Source of the DNA: Candidatus Saccharimonadia bacterium
Lineage (GTDB): Bacteria > Patescibacteriota > Saccharimonadia > CAILAD01 > JADZBC01
Direction: 5' to 3'
DNA: 64,000 bases
NCBI GenBank assembly: GCA_041907025.1
Contig: JAYRIB010000004.1
Coordinates: forward strand, 1,223 to 65,222
Every line of letters begins with the position of its first letter. Position 1 is the first letter of the stretch. This document shows positions 1 through 8,301 of this stretch, piece by piece. Made by a program: the position numbers and the translations under genes. The notes beneath the pieces were generated by a model. It did not search any database, was not told the origin of the DNA, and saw only the letters and a list, made by a program, of their open reading frames with translations.

Positions 1-1
1 C

Positions 2-121
2 TCGCCGCAACTCATGCTGGGGGCATTGGCCTTTGTCTCAGTACTTGGCTTCCTGGTGGTGCTTTATCCAGCATACAAGGCTGCGCACACCAACCCAGTT
101 GACTCTATGCGCCGCGACTAG
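2..121 (+). CDS. 3' fragment of an ABC-transporter permease (FtsX/MacB-like); 5' end lies outside the window
   Basis: Frame-2 ORF entering from the window edge ends ...VLYPAYKAAHTNPVDSMRRD*, which resembles the conserved C-terminal tail of FtsX-family permeases. Confidence 0.4.
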   Translation, partial: SPQLMLGALAFVSVLGFLVVLYPAYKAAHTNPVDSMRRD

Positions 122-184
122 TTGCAGTCTTGATCGTTCGTAATATGTTTGGTTTATAAGGTAGTATGGCGTATAATAAGGGCT

Positions 185-1417
185 ATGAACGAAAGCCAAC
201 TACCACGCCCGCCCCAAGACTATGCAGTGATGTATGTCGACATGAATGCATTCTTTGCTTCGGTGGAGCAACAAGAGCACGTTGAGCTGCGCGGTAGGCC
301 AGTTGCGGTCGCTCCTTGCACGGCTGATAGCTGCTGTATCGTAGCGGCTTCGTACGAAGCGCGAGCTTATGGGATTGGTGTCGGTACGAGAATAGGTCAG
401 GCGCGTCAGCGCTGCCCGGGACTTGTGGTAGTGGGCGATAGCCCGGCCCTTTATCGGCACTATCACGAAGTGATTATGGCAATTTTACAGTCTACTTACT
501 GCCGGGTGGGGGTTAAGAGTATTGATGAGGCGTATTTGATAGTGCCCTCGTATGCTCGTGCTGAGGCGGATATATTGGCTTTAATAGAGGTAATAACGTC
601 ACGCATTCGTACGGACCTTGGTGAGTATATAAAGTGTTCGATTGGCGTTGGGCCGAACATTTGGTGTGCTAAGATGGCGGCCGGGCGCAACAAGCCAAAT
701 GGCCGAACCTTTGTCCATCTTGATGCTCTCTCGAGCTTCTATAAGGGCTTACCGCTTGTGCAATGTACAGGGATTGGTAGGCGATTAGCACGGCGTTTGT
801 ACGACGTTGGAGTGAGCGACACGGCAGATTTGGCCTCGCGCTCGCTGGCTACGATGCGTTCGTACTTAGGGGTGGTGGGCGAGAAGTGGTACCTGCGTTT
901 GCGCGGTTATGAGGTAGACATAGACGCCCCTCGCTGCCGCAAGAGTATTAGCCACCAGGTGACAGTGGTGGGCAAACGTAGTTTAAGCGCGACTGAGCGC
1001 CGTCGCTACACAGCGGCGCTTGCGCATCGGCTGAGCGCCCGTCTGCGCGGTTACGGTCTGTATGCTGGCGGTATTGGTTTGTTTGTGGCGCTCACGGGCT
1101 TTAAGGGCGTGCATACTCATATGATTTCGCGTTCGTTGACTGGGGACGGGGAGGTAACACAGGCCGCCCTTGGTTTGCTCGAGCGCTTAGATTTAGACGG
1201 TAGACAGATTCGGTTGTTTGCGCTGTATCTGGACGGACTAGCGTCGGTTTGCCAGTTGAGCTTGCCCTTATGCGCCTCAGCGGAGGCGGCACGCGATCAA
1301 TCCTTGAGCTTGGCAATTGATACTATTCATCGGCAATTTGGCCCCAGATCCGTGTTATGGGCCTCTGGACTCAAGGCTGAGCTTGTACCTGACCGTATTG
1401 GGTTCGGTAATCTTTAG
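185..1417 (+). CDS. dinB: Y-family DNA polymerase IV (DinB/UmuC-like)
   Basis: N-terminal motif AVMYVDMNAFFASVEQ is the classic DinB VDMDCFFAAVE box, followed by the SIDEAYL motif. Start taken at MNESQ (185); the ORF extends back to 149. Confidence 0.8.
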   Translation: MNESQLPRPPQDYAVMYVDMNAFFASVEQQEHVELRGRPVAVAPCTADSCCIVAASYEARAYGIGVGTRIGQARQRCPGLVVVGDSPALYRHYHEVIMAILQSTYCRVGVKSIDEAYLIVPSYARAEADILALIEVITSRIRTDLGEYIKCSIGVGPNIWCAKMAAGRNKPNGRTFVHLDALSSFYKGLPLVQCTGIGRRLARRLYDVGVSDTADLASRSLATMRSYLGVVGEKWYLRLRGYEVDIDAPRCRKSISHQVTVVGKRSLSATERRRYTAALAHRLSARLRGYGLYAGGIGLFVALTGFKGVHTHMISRSLTGDGEVTQAALGLLERLDLDGRQIRLFALYLDGLASVCQLSLPLCASAEAARDQSLSLAIDTIHRQFGPRSVLWASGLKAELVPDRIGFGNL

Positions 1418-1494
1418 GCTGTGTGGGTGTCCAAAAAGCCCATGCTTGTAGTAAGGTTTTTTACTCTGCTAATCTAGGTTCAATAGGAGCAAGC

Positions 1495-3057
1495 ATGACA
1501 ACACGGCTCGAAGTTAACAAAACCCACAACCCGGTAAGCTCGGGGCCTGTGTTGTCACCAAAAATTCTTGAAAGTTTTGCTAGTAAGTTTAAGCGCACTG
1601 CACACTATGCAGAGCAGGACCTTGATATGGCCTTGGGGCTGTATATGCAGGGAGTCGTGCCGTTACGCACCTTGGCTCGAGAGGCAGTCAATCGACTGGA
1701 ATACCCCGTGACTATAGTGGCCGCTCGCGTGCAAGCTGGCGGTAATATAGCGAGAGAATGCATAGTTCAGCTTGCGGCACTCAGCCGTGGCCAGTATCGA
1801 GCCATAGACATGGGTGACGCACGTTTGTGTCTCGTACTAGAGGGTGACGCCGATCAAGATGAAGCCTGTACAATGTTGAAAAAGGCCGCTCGCAGCCTGG
1901 GCGGAACACTCAATATTGGTTTGCGCGAAGCCGTCGGTTCTGCCGAGCAGCTGCCGACAGCTTACGTCGAAGCAGAGTGTATAGCGAAACTCGGTATGCA
2001 ATTGTGGAGTAAGCCATACATTTATCGCCAGTCGGATATGGGTTTAACCCTTGGGTTATTGGGTAGTGAATCGGCCCGAAACCACGTAGGGCAAGAAAGC
2101 CAGCGCATTCTCGATGCCTTAGCTCGCCCGAAGGTGCTATTGCCGACCCTCAAGCTATTCTTCGCGAGTAATATGAGCCCAACAGAGGTTGCTCGACTTG
2201 GTAAAGTGCATCGCAATACAGTAGTCTATCGACTCGATAAAATTCGCCAGCTTACTGGCCTTGACCCACTGGATTTTAACGATGCCACCCAGCTGTATCT
2301 AGCCTCAGTTGTGCACGACATCGCTAGGGCTGGGGTAGTCACAACGGCTGGCTCGGAGCTCGGTGAGAGTGATGACTTGGCAGAGAAGGCGATTATCTCG
2401 CTCCTCAACGGTTCTGGTATGAGCGAGACTCGCGTGCGGGTGCTTCTGGAATCATCTGGCTTAGTACTACCACAAGACTTTAGTTTGTATCTTGTTGCCA
2501 GTGAGGATGACATGACGAATGTTGGGGTTAATACAACATTATCTGCGCAAGTTAAGCTTCGCCAGGGTTTATGGCTGCTTGTTGGGCTGAATTCAGCAAG
2601 GCAATCCGCCAAGGTAGCGGCTGGGCTAGCAGATCGGGGCAGCGTAGTTTACGCTACCAGCTCTCAGTTGGGTTCTCAGCTGGGCAGCGCGATCCCAGTT
2701 CTTATAAATGGTCAGGCAATCGTTGCTCAGTGCTGGCCAAACTTGCAGGTAGCACCTTTAGACAGCTACGCGGGACTCTTGGCCTTAATGGAGAGTTCTC
2801 GAGTACGAAAGTATGCTCAAGTTCGCGCTCAGGCGATTGTAGATAGACTGCGGCTCGTTAAGCAGCTCGAAACAACAGCTAGTGTATTGCTCGACACATC
2901 ACTTAATCTCACCTTGGCTGCACGACGGCTTAAGGTGCATCGCAATACACTCATTTACCGCGTTGGCCGGATTCGTCACTTGACCGGTTATGACCTCACC
3001 CGGTTTGAAGACGCGGTACAAATACGCTTAGCATTCTTGCTCGCTGAGTTGACTTGA
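1495..3057 (+). CDS. CdaR/PucR-family transcriptional regulator with two PucR-type C-terminal HTH modules
   Basis: Two copies of the PucR HTH signature: LGKVHRNTVVYRLDKIRQLTGLD and LKVHRNTLIYRVGRIRHLTGYD. Start chosen at ATG 1495, preceded by AGGAG; the ORF extends to GTG 1423. Confidence 0.55.
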   Translation: MTTRLEVNKTHNPVSSGPVLSPKILESFASKFKRTAHYAEQDLDMALGLYMQGVVPLRTLAREAVNRLEYPVTIVAARVQAGGNIARECIVQLAALSRGQYRAIDMGDARLCLVLEGDADQDEACTMLKKAARSLGGTLNIGLREAVGSAEQLPTAYVEAECIAKLGMQLWSKPYIYRQSDMGLTLGLLGSESARNHVGQESQRILDALARPKVLLPTLKLFFASNMSPTEVARLGKVHRNTVVYRLDKIRQLTGLDPLDFNDATQLYLASVVHDIARAGVVTTAGSELGESDDLAEKAIISLLNGSGMSETRVRVLLESSGLVLPQDFSLYLVASEDDMTNVGVNTTLSAQVKLRQGLWLLVGLNSARQSAKVAAGLADRGSVVYATSSQLGSQLGSAIPVLINGQAIVAQCWPNLQVAPLDSYAGLLALMESSRVRKYAQVRAQAIVDRLRLVKQLETTASVLLDTSLNLTLAARRLKVHRNTLIYRVGRIRHLTGYDLTRFEDAVQIRLAFLLAELT

Positions 3058-3211
3058 GGCTAGAGATTATCTAGAGTTAAGTGTGCTAAGCAAGTTATGG
3101 GCCCTTAGCAAAGTTGGCATAGGCCATAGGCCGGTAAAGTAAAAAGTGCACCAAAGCGCTCCAAGACATCACCTAGTGTAGTACCATCACAATACCCCGA
3201 TAAACATATGT

Positions 3212-3288
3212 GGGCCCTTAGCTCAGTTGGCTAGAGCGCTTCCTTGACGTGGAAGAGGTCAGTGGTTCGAATCCTCTAGGGCCCACCA
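3212..3288 (+). tRNA. tRNA-Val (anticodon GAC), CCA encoded
   Basis: Cloverleaf: acceptor GGGCCCU/AGGGCCC, anticodon stem CUUCC/GGAAG with loop UUGACGU, T-arm GGUUCGAAUCC, 3' CCA. Confidence 0.85.
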
Positions 3289-3484
3289 TCTCTGCCTTTT
3301 TGCGCAGCAAGAAGTTAGAGATGGTGATTCAAGAATATGAGAACCAGGTTCGGTGTAGTACGGCGCGCAGCGTGATGATCAAGCTTGCTTGAGCAATCAC
3401 CAAGCACCGTGCGGAGGTGGCGTCAGCCACCATCCTCTAGGGCCCACCAGAACATGTAATTATTTGGAGCTGAATTTGTCACAA

Positions 3485-4090
3485 ATGTCTAAGCGAGAGG
3501 CCCGTGATTACCTCAAAAAGCACAATGTGTTGAGGGAGAATGGGCATTATGTGTATACCTCGGGCAAGCACGGCGATACGTACTTAAACAAAGACGCCTT
3601 GCTGCCGCACGTGGAGTTGGTGAGTGAGATATGCGAGCAGATTGCGACTGAGTTCGTTGGTCGGGACATTGAAGTAGTTTTGGGTCCGGTGGCCGGCGGA
3701 GTGGTGCTTAGTCAATGGGTGGCGCATCATCTGGGCAAGATTGAAGGCCGCGAGGTATTGTCTGTTTATGCTGACAAACGGAAGACGGAAGGTGAATTCA
3801 TCATTCGCCGTGGTTACGACGAGATGATCCGCGGCAAGCGCATATTGCTTGTTGATGACATTATTAACCAGGGCTCTTCGCTTCGAGGGCTGCAGCGCGA
3901 GGTTGCCCTGATAGAGTGCGAAGTAGATGGGGTGGGGTGCCTGTGTAATAGGTATGAATCAACTGCCGAGGACTTTGGCGTGCCAAAGCTATACAGTTAC
4001 ATTGCATTCAAGCTCAACATCTACGATCCAGACGATTGTCCGCTATGTAGGGCAGACGTACCCTTGAGTAAAGGCTTGGGTCACGCTTGA
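3485..4090 (+). CDS. type I phosphoribosyltransferase (orotate-PRTase-like)
   Basis: PRPP-binding motif RILLVDDIINQGSS, and YTSGKHGDTYLNKD resembling the OPRTase N-terminus. ORF upstream of ATG 3485 overlaps a tRNA-derived repeat and is not taken as coding. Confidence 0.55.
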   Translation: MSKREARDYLKKHNVLRENGHYVYTSGKHGDTYLNKDALLPHVELVSEICEQIATEFVGRDIEVVLGPVAGGVVLSQWVAHHLGKIEGREVLSVYADKRKTEGEFIIRRGYDEMIRGKRILLVDDIINQGSSLRGLQREVALIECEVDGVGCLCNRYESTAEDFGVPKLYSYIAFKLNIYDPDDCPLCRADVPLSKGLGHA

Positions 4091-4094
4091 GAAA

Positions 4095-4300
4095 CCACGG
4101 GTTTTGGAGTATGCTAGGGCTAGATTAAGAGAGCGTTTGAGCTAGGTCTAACCACCCAAGCGAGCTCCGCGGCTGACGACGCGTTACAAGTCAGAAAGAG
4201 TGATCCACCAAGGATAAGCCCGGTGGAACCCCCCGAAAATTCGGGGCCGGGCAATCATCATTTTGGTGGTTTTTGTGTAATAATCCAAGTAGAGGAGTCA
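4095..4300 (+). promoter_or_regulatory. possible T-box-like leader with intrinsic terminator upstream of thrS
   Basis: Long terminator helix CCACCAA...GCCCGG...CCCCG aaaatt CGGGG CCGGGC...TTGGTGG followed by TTTTT (4205-4274). GGTGGAACC at 4222-4230 resembles the T-box GGUGGNACC core, and an ACC (Thr) codon followed by A sits in a putative specifier context at 4152-4155. Confidence 0.3.
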
Positions 4301-4304
4301 TAAA

Positions 4305-6128
4305 ATGGCAGATCAGCTAAAAAATAAGGTAGACATCGAGGCTATGCGGCACTCGGTCGCTCATATGTTGGCCGCCGCAGTACAGAAGTTGCACCCTGAT
4401 GCGCAGTTTGGCGTCGGCCCAGTGGTGGAGAATGGCTTTTATTATGACATTAAGCCTAGTAAGGCATTGAGTAGTGATGATTTGGGCGCCATCGAAGCTG
4501 AGATGGCAAAGATCGCATTAGCCGATGAGGATTTTGTACGTGAGGAATGGCTGATTGACGAAGCCATAACGTATTTCAAAGAGCATAATCAGCCATTTAA
4601 GGTCGAGTTGCTCAAAGACCTCAAAACCAAAGGGACGACATCGCTGAAAGACACTGGCGATGAAAACTTAGTTGGTAATAATGTTGCTGGAGTTACAACG
4701 GTTACCATATACAGAACAGGTGACTTTGTTGACTTATGCCGCGGCCCACACATAGGAAGCACTTCTCAGGCCGGTGCCTACAAGCTTACCAAGCTGGCCG
4801 GAGCCTACTGGCGCGGGGACGAGAAGAATCCGCAGATGCAACGCGTGTATGGCGTGGCGTTTGCGACTAGTGAGGAGCTTGGTCACTATTTGGCCATGAT
4901 CGAAGAGGCCGAGAAGCGTGATCACCGTAAGCTAGGCAGAGAGCTCGACCTGTTTGTGTTCTCAGATCTTGTAGGTTCAGGCCTGCCGATGTACACGCCA
5001 CGGGGCACAATTCTTCGTAACCAGCTCGACAATTTCGTACAAGAGATGCGTAATGAGTACGATTACGAAGAAGTGTCTGTGCCGCACATAACTAAAAAGG
5101 ATGCCTACATTGCCAGCGGACACTGGCAGAAGTTCTCAGATGAACTCTTTAAGGTGAATACAAGGGAAGGGCATGAGTTTGCCATGAAGCCGATGAATTG
5201 TCCGCATCATGCTCAGATCTACGCAAGTCGCGCTCGATCGTATCGGGATTTGCCCATTCGTTACCGCGAGACGACGACGTGTTATCGTGACGAGCAGACG
5301 GGTGAGCTCTCGGGCCTTAACAGGACACGGGCCTTTGCTCAAGATGATGCGCATGTGTTCTGCCGACCAGAGCAAGTGCAAGAAGAAGTCACAAAAATAT
5401 GGAGCATTATTGAGAAGTTTTATGCCACACTGGGCTTTGATGACTTAACTGTTCGGTTCTCACGGCATGATAGCGAGAATATGGCGTCATATTCTGGCGG
5501 TGAAGCTGCTTGGAGGGATGCCGAAGCTCAGCTTCTTGCGATTATCAAAGACAAGGTAGGTGATGGTTACGTGGACGGTGTAGGTGAGGCTGCATTCTAT
5601 GGCCCTAAGATAGACTTTATGGGCCGAGATGCGTTGGGTCGAGAGTCACAAGTGGCAACCATTCAGCTCGACTTTAACCAGCCTGCTGGCTTTGGGCTTG
5701 AGTTTATCGATGAACAGGGCCAAAAACAGCAACCAGTGATGATTCACGCTGCAATCATGGGCTCGATTGAGCGTTTTCTGTCGGTCTACATAGAGCATGT
5801 AGGCGGTGCCTTCCCGACTTGGTTAGCCCCCGAGCAAGTCCGAGTCTTGCCGGTGTCGGATAAGTTTGCCGAGTATGGCGCTCAAGTAGCTGCCGAGCTT
5901 AAGGCCGCCGGGGTGCGTGTGAAGCTCGATGATGACAATGAGTCACTTGGTAAGCGCATACGTGCTGCTGAAGCCATGAAGGTTCCCTACACGCTCATAG
6001 TGGGTGAGAGGGAACAGGAAGCCGGCGAGGTGGCTGTGCGCAAGCGAGGCGAGGGCGACAAAGGCAGTAAGAGTTCCAGGGAGTTTGTGAAAGACATTCT
6101 TGCCGAAATAAGTTCACGAAAGGCTTAG
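4305..6128 (+). CDS. thrS: threonyl-tRNA synthetase
   Basis: Class II aaRS motifs HRKLGRELDLF, FAMKPMNCPHH and RDEQTGELSGLNRTRAFAQDDAHVFC, plus the N-terminal SAD-like RHSVAHML. Confidence 0.9.
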   Translation: MADQLKNKVDIEAMRHSVAHMLAAAVQKLHPDAQFGVGPVVENGFYYDIKPSKALSSDDLGAIEAEMAKIALADEDFVREEWLIDEAITYFKEHNQPFKVELLKDLKTKGTTSLKDTGDENLVGNNVAGVTTVTIYRTGDFVDLCRGPHIGSTSQAGAYKLTKLAGAYWRGDEKNPQMQRVYGVAFATSEELGHYLAMIEEAEKRDHRKLGRELDLFVFSDLVGSGLPMYTPRGTILRNQLDNFVQEMRNEYDYEEVSVPHITKKDAYIASGHWQKFSDELFKVNTREGHEFAMKPMNCPHHAQIYASRARSYRDLPIRYRETTTCYRDEQTGELSGLNRTRAFAQDDAHVFCRPEQVQEEVTKIWSIIEKFYATLGFDDLTVRFSRHDSENMASYSGGEAAWRDAEAQLLAIIKDKVGDGYVDGVGEAAFYGPKIDFMGRDALGRESQVATIQLDFNQPAGFGLEFIDEQGQKQQPVMIHAAIMGSIERFLSVYIEHVGGAFPTWLAPEQVRVLPVSDKFAEYGAQVAAELKAAGVRVKLDDDNESLGKRIRAAEAMKVPYTLIVGEREQEAGEVAVRKRGEGDKGSKSSREFVKDILAEISSRKA

Positions 6129-6133
6129 ATAGT

Positions 6134-6628
6134 ATGACGAACTTAGTCCAAGGGAGCAAAGAATACCCCTACCATATCTCTGTAGGTGCTGTGCTCGTTA
6201 ATAGTGAGCGTAAGGTCTGCGCACATTACTTTGACGAACTCCAGATTGGCTCCAGGAAGGCGAAGGACTTTTATATCCTAATGCGGGAAACGCCTGAGCC
6301 AGGGGAGTCGCTAGAGGCTACTTTGGAGCGTGGGTTGCGCGAAGAGTTTGGAGCTACGGCTACCACAAGGCATTTTATCGGAAGTGTGTTGGCGAATATC
6401 GGCGGAGTAGAATCTCTTAAAGAAAAGACAACTCTGTACTTCCTGTGTGACGTTATAGCTCATGAAGCATCCCTGCGTGAGAATATTGATGCAGAGAGTA
6501 GCAGTAAGGTAGGTTGGTATGACCCTGACTTTTTAATCGCCAGAATGAAACAGCAGAGTAGAGAGACTGGCTATGAAGATATCGATGAATCAATGATACT
6601 CGAAAGGGCACAGCAATATCTAAGCTAA
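6134..6628 (+). CDS. NUDIX hydrolase
   Basis: Nudix box GESLEATLERGLREEFG. Confidence 0.7.
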   Translation: MTNLVQGSKEYPYHISVGAVLVNSERKVCAHYFDELQIGSRKAKDFYILMRETPEPGESLEATLERGLREEFGATATTRHFIGSVLANIGGVESLKEKTTLYFLCDVIAHEASLRENIDAESSSKVGWYDPDFLIARMKQQSRETGYEDIDESMILERAQQYLS

Positions 6629-7479
6629 TTACCATTGTTGGCCCAACGGCGAGCGGGAAGTCAGCGCTCGCTATGGAGCTCGCCCAAAAGTATGATGGCG
6701 AGATCATCTGCGCTGACTCACGCACCATTTATAAAGGTTTTGACATTGGTACGGCCAAGCCTTGCCGCGAAGACCGGGCGCTCGTGCCTCATCATTTGCT
6801 CGACATCTGTGAACCAGGTGAGGAGTTCAGTGCCGCCCAGTTTAAAGTGTTGGCTGAGGCTACGATTCATGACATCTGGAGGCGGGGTAACGTGCCATTT
6901 TTGGTAGGGGGCAGCGGCATGTATGTGGATAGTGTGCTGTTTGGCTATCAGTTTCGTGAGAGCGGCGAGGAATCAAAGGACTACTCGGCTGCCACGCTAG
7001 AAGAGCTGCAGCGGCTAGTAGCCGAGCAATATCCCGCCGAATTCGAGACTATAGATAGGCAAAACAGACGGCGATTAGAGCAGATTTTGGCGCGAGGGGT
7101 GGCCGATAGCAAAGATCGCAAGGAGCTTGCATACGATACACTTATCCTAGGCCTGGCGCCCGATAGGCTTTTACTAAAGCAAAAAATAGCTGATCGCATA
7201 GAGGCCATGTTGAACAATGGATTTGTTCAAGAGGTTGAAGACCTCATGGAACGCTACGGCAGTGACTGTCCGCAGCTAGGGATTATAGGTTACAAGCATG
7301 CACAGGATTACCTTGAGGGCAATGTATCACTTCCGGAGCTCAAAGAGCGCTTTGCTCGAGACGATGGAGCTCTCGCCAAGCGGCAGATGACGTGGTTTAA
7401 GCGTAACGAGGCTATTCATTGGCTAACTGCAGCTGGCGAAGCCGAGGAGTTGGTTAGTGACTATTTGTCGCACCCGTAA
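6616..7479 (+). CDS. miaA: tRNA dimethylallyltransferase (IPP transferase); likely non-AUG start
   Basis: Strong MiaA similarity: ADSRTIYKGFDIGTAKP and LVGGSGMY. The P-loop GPTASGKS is encoded in frame at 6640-6663, upstream of the first ATG at 6673. The in-frame AUA at 6616 gives (M)SKLITIVGPTASGKSALA, and AAGGG lies 7 nt upstream. Confidence 0.6.
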   Translation: MSKLITIVGPTASGKSALAMELAQKYDGEIICADSRTIYKGFDIGTAKPCREDRALVPHHLLDICEPGEEFSAAQFKVLAEATIHDIWRRGNVPFLVGGSGMYVDSVLFGYQFRESGEESKDYSAATLEELQRLVAEQYPAEFETIDRQNRRRLEQILARGVADSKDRKELAYDTLILGLAPDRLLLKQKIADRIEAMLNNGFVQEVEDLMERYGSDCPQLGIIGYKHAQDYLEGNVSLPELKERFARDDGALAKRQMTWFKRNEAIHWLTAAGEAEELVSDYLSHP

Positions 7480-7502
7480 GCAAAATATCTTGCATAAAAG
7501 CA

Positions 7503-7532
7503 TTGGCATTTATGAGCGCAAAGGCCTATAAT
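7503..7532 (+). promoter_or_regulatory. putative sigma70-type promoter upstream of the wHTH-NTase gene
   Basis: TTGGCA at 7503-7508, an 18-nt spacer, then TATAAT at 7527-7532. Confidence 0.3.
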
Positions 7533-7595
7533 ACGACCTATACACAGCAATAAACGCGCATTATTGCACACATTTTGAGGTAGGAGACAACAGAT

Positions 7596-8300
7596 ATGCG
7601 CTTCGAACAATTGTTTGGATCAAAGACCAGAGTGAAGCTTCTGAGCTTGTTTTATAACAACCCAGAGCGGCCTTTTTACGTGCGCGAGATTACGCGCAAG
7701 GTTGATGAACAGATTAACTCGGTGCGCCGCGAGCTACAGAACCTACTCAACATCGGCATCGTCAAATCAGTGAACCAGTCGAACCGCTTGTATTACGAAG
7801 TTGACCCTAAGTACAAATTCCACGCTCAGTTGCAATCAATCTTCCAGCAGATCCCAGCAAAGTCTAAGGCCATTAAGGAGACTAAAGAAGAAGACCAAAT
7901 TCTCAAGAAGATATCGAAGGCGGGGAATGTAAAAATGATCTTCTTATCTGGTGCTTTTGTGCGTGGTAGTAACCAGAACGTCGACATTTGCATAGTGGGC
8001 GACATGAACAAGGCGCAACTGGCCAAAATAGTCGGTGACATGGAGCAAGAAATGAGCCGCGAGCTAAACTACTGGGTGATGCGTGTAGAGGACTTTGACT
8101 ATCGCCGTAACCTAAACGATCGCTCGCTGATGGATATCTTAGACGCCAAGAAGATCGTGCTACTCGATACGCTGGAGATATTTGGGAAAGCGCCTGTGGA
8201 GTCGACTGCTTCAGCTGGCTTTTCTGAAGCCGACTTGTCTGGACCCAATCCAAACATTTCTACCGACGACGCCATCAAAGTAACGGTGAACGAAGGCTAA
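7596..8300 (+). CDS. winged-helix DNA-binding protein fused to a minimal nucleotidyltransferase (MNT-like) domain
   Basis: N-terminal wHTH-like segment, then the NTase-fold signature LSGAFVRGSNQNVDICIVGD (GS...D.D). Confidence 0.45.
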   Translation: MRFEQLFGSKTRVKLLSLFYNNPERPFYVREITRKVDEQINSVRRELQNLLNIGIVKSVNQSNRLYYEVDPKYKFHAQLQSIFQQIPAKSKAIKETKEEDQILKKISKAGNVKMIFLSGAFVRGSNQNVDICIVGDMNKAQLAKIVGDMEQEMSRELNYWVMRVEDFDYRRNLNDRSLMDILDAKKIVLLDTLEIFGKAPVESTASAGFSEADLSGPNPNISTDDAIKVTVNEG

Positions 8301-8301
8301 C

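Noticed and set aside
3389-3484. Upstream extension of the PRTase ORF (MSNHQAPCGGGVSHHPLGPTRTCNYLELNLSQ)
   Set aside because: The extension is translated from the tRNA-Val 3'-end repeat and its terminator. The real start is ATG 3485 (MSKREARDYLKK).
6635-6907. 90-aa ORF in an alternative frame across the miaA 5' region
   Set aside because: It is out of frame with the strongly conserved MiaA frame and has no motif.
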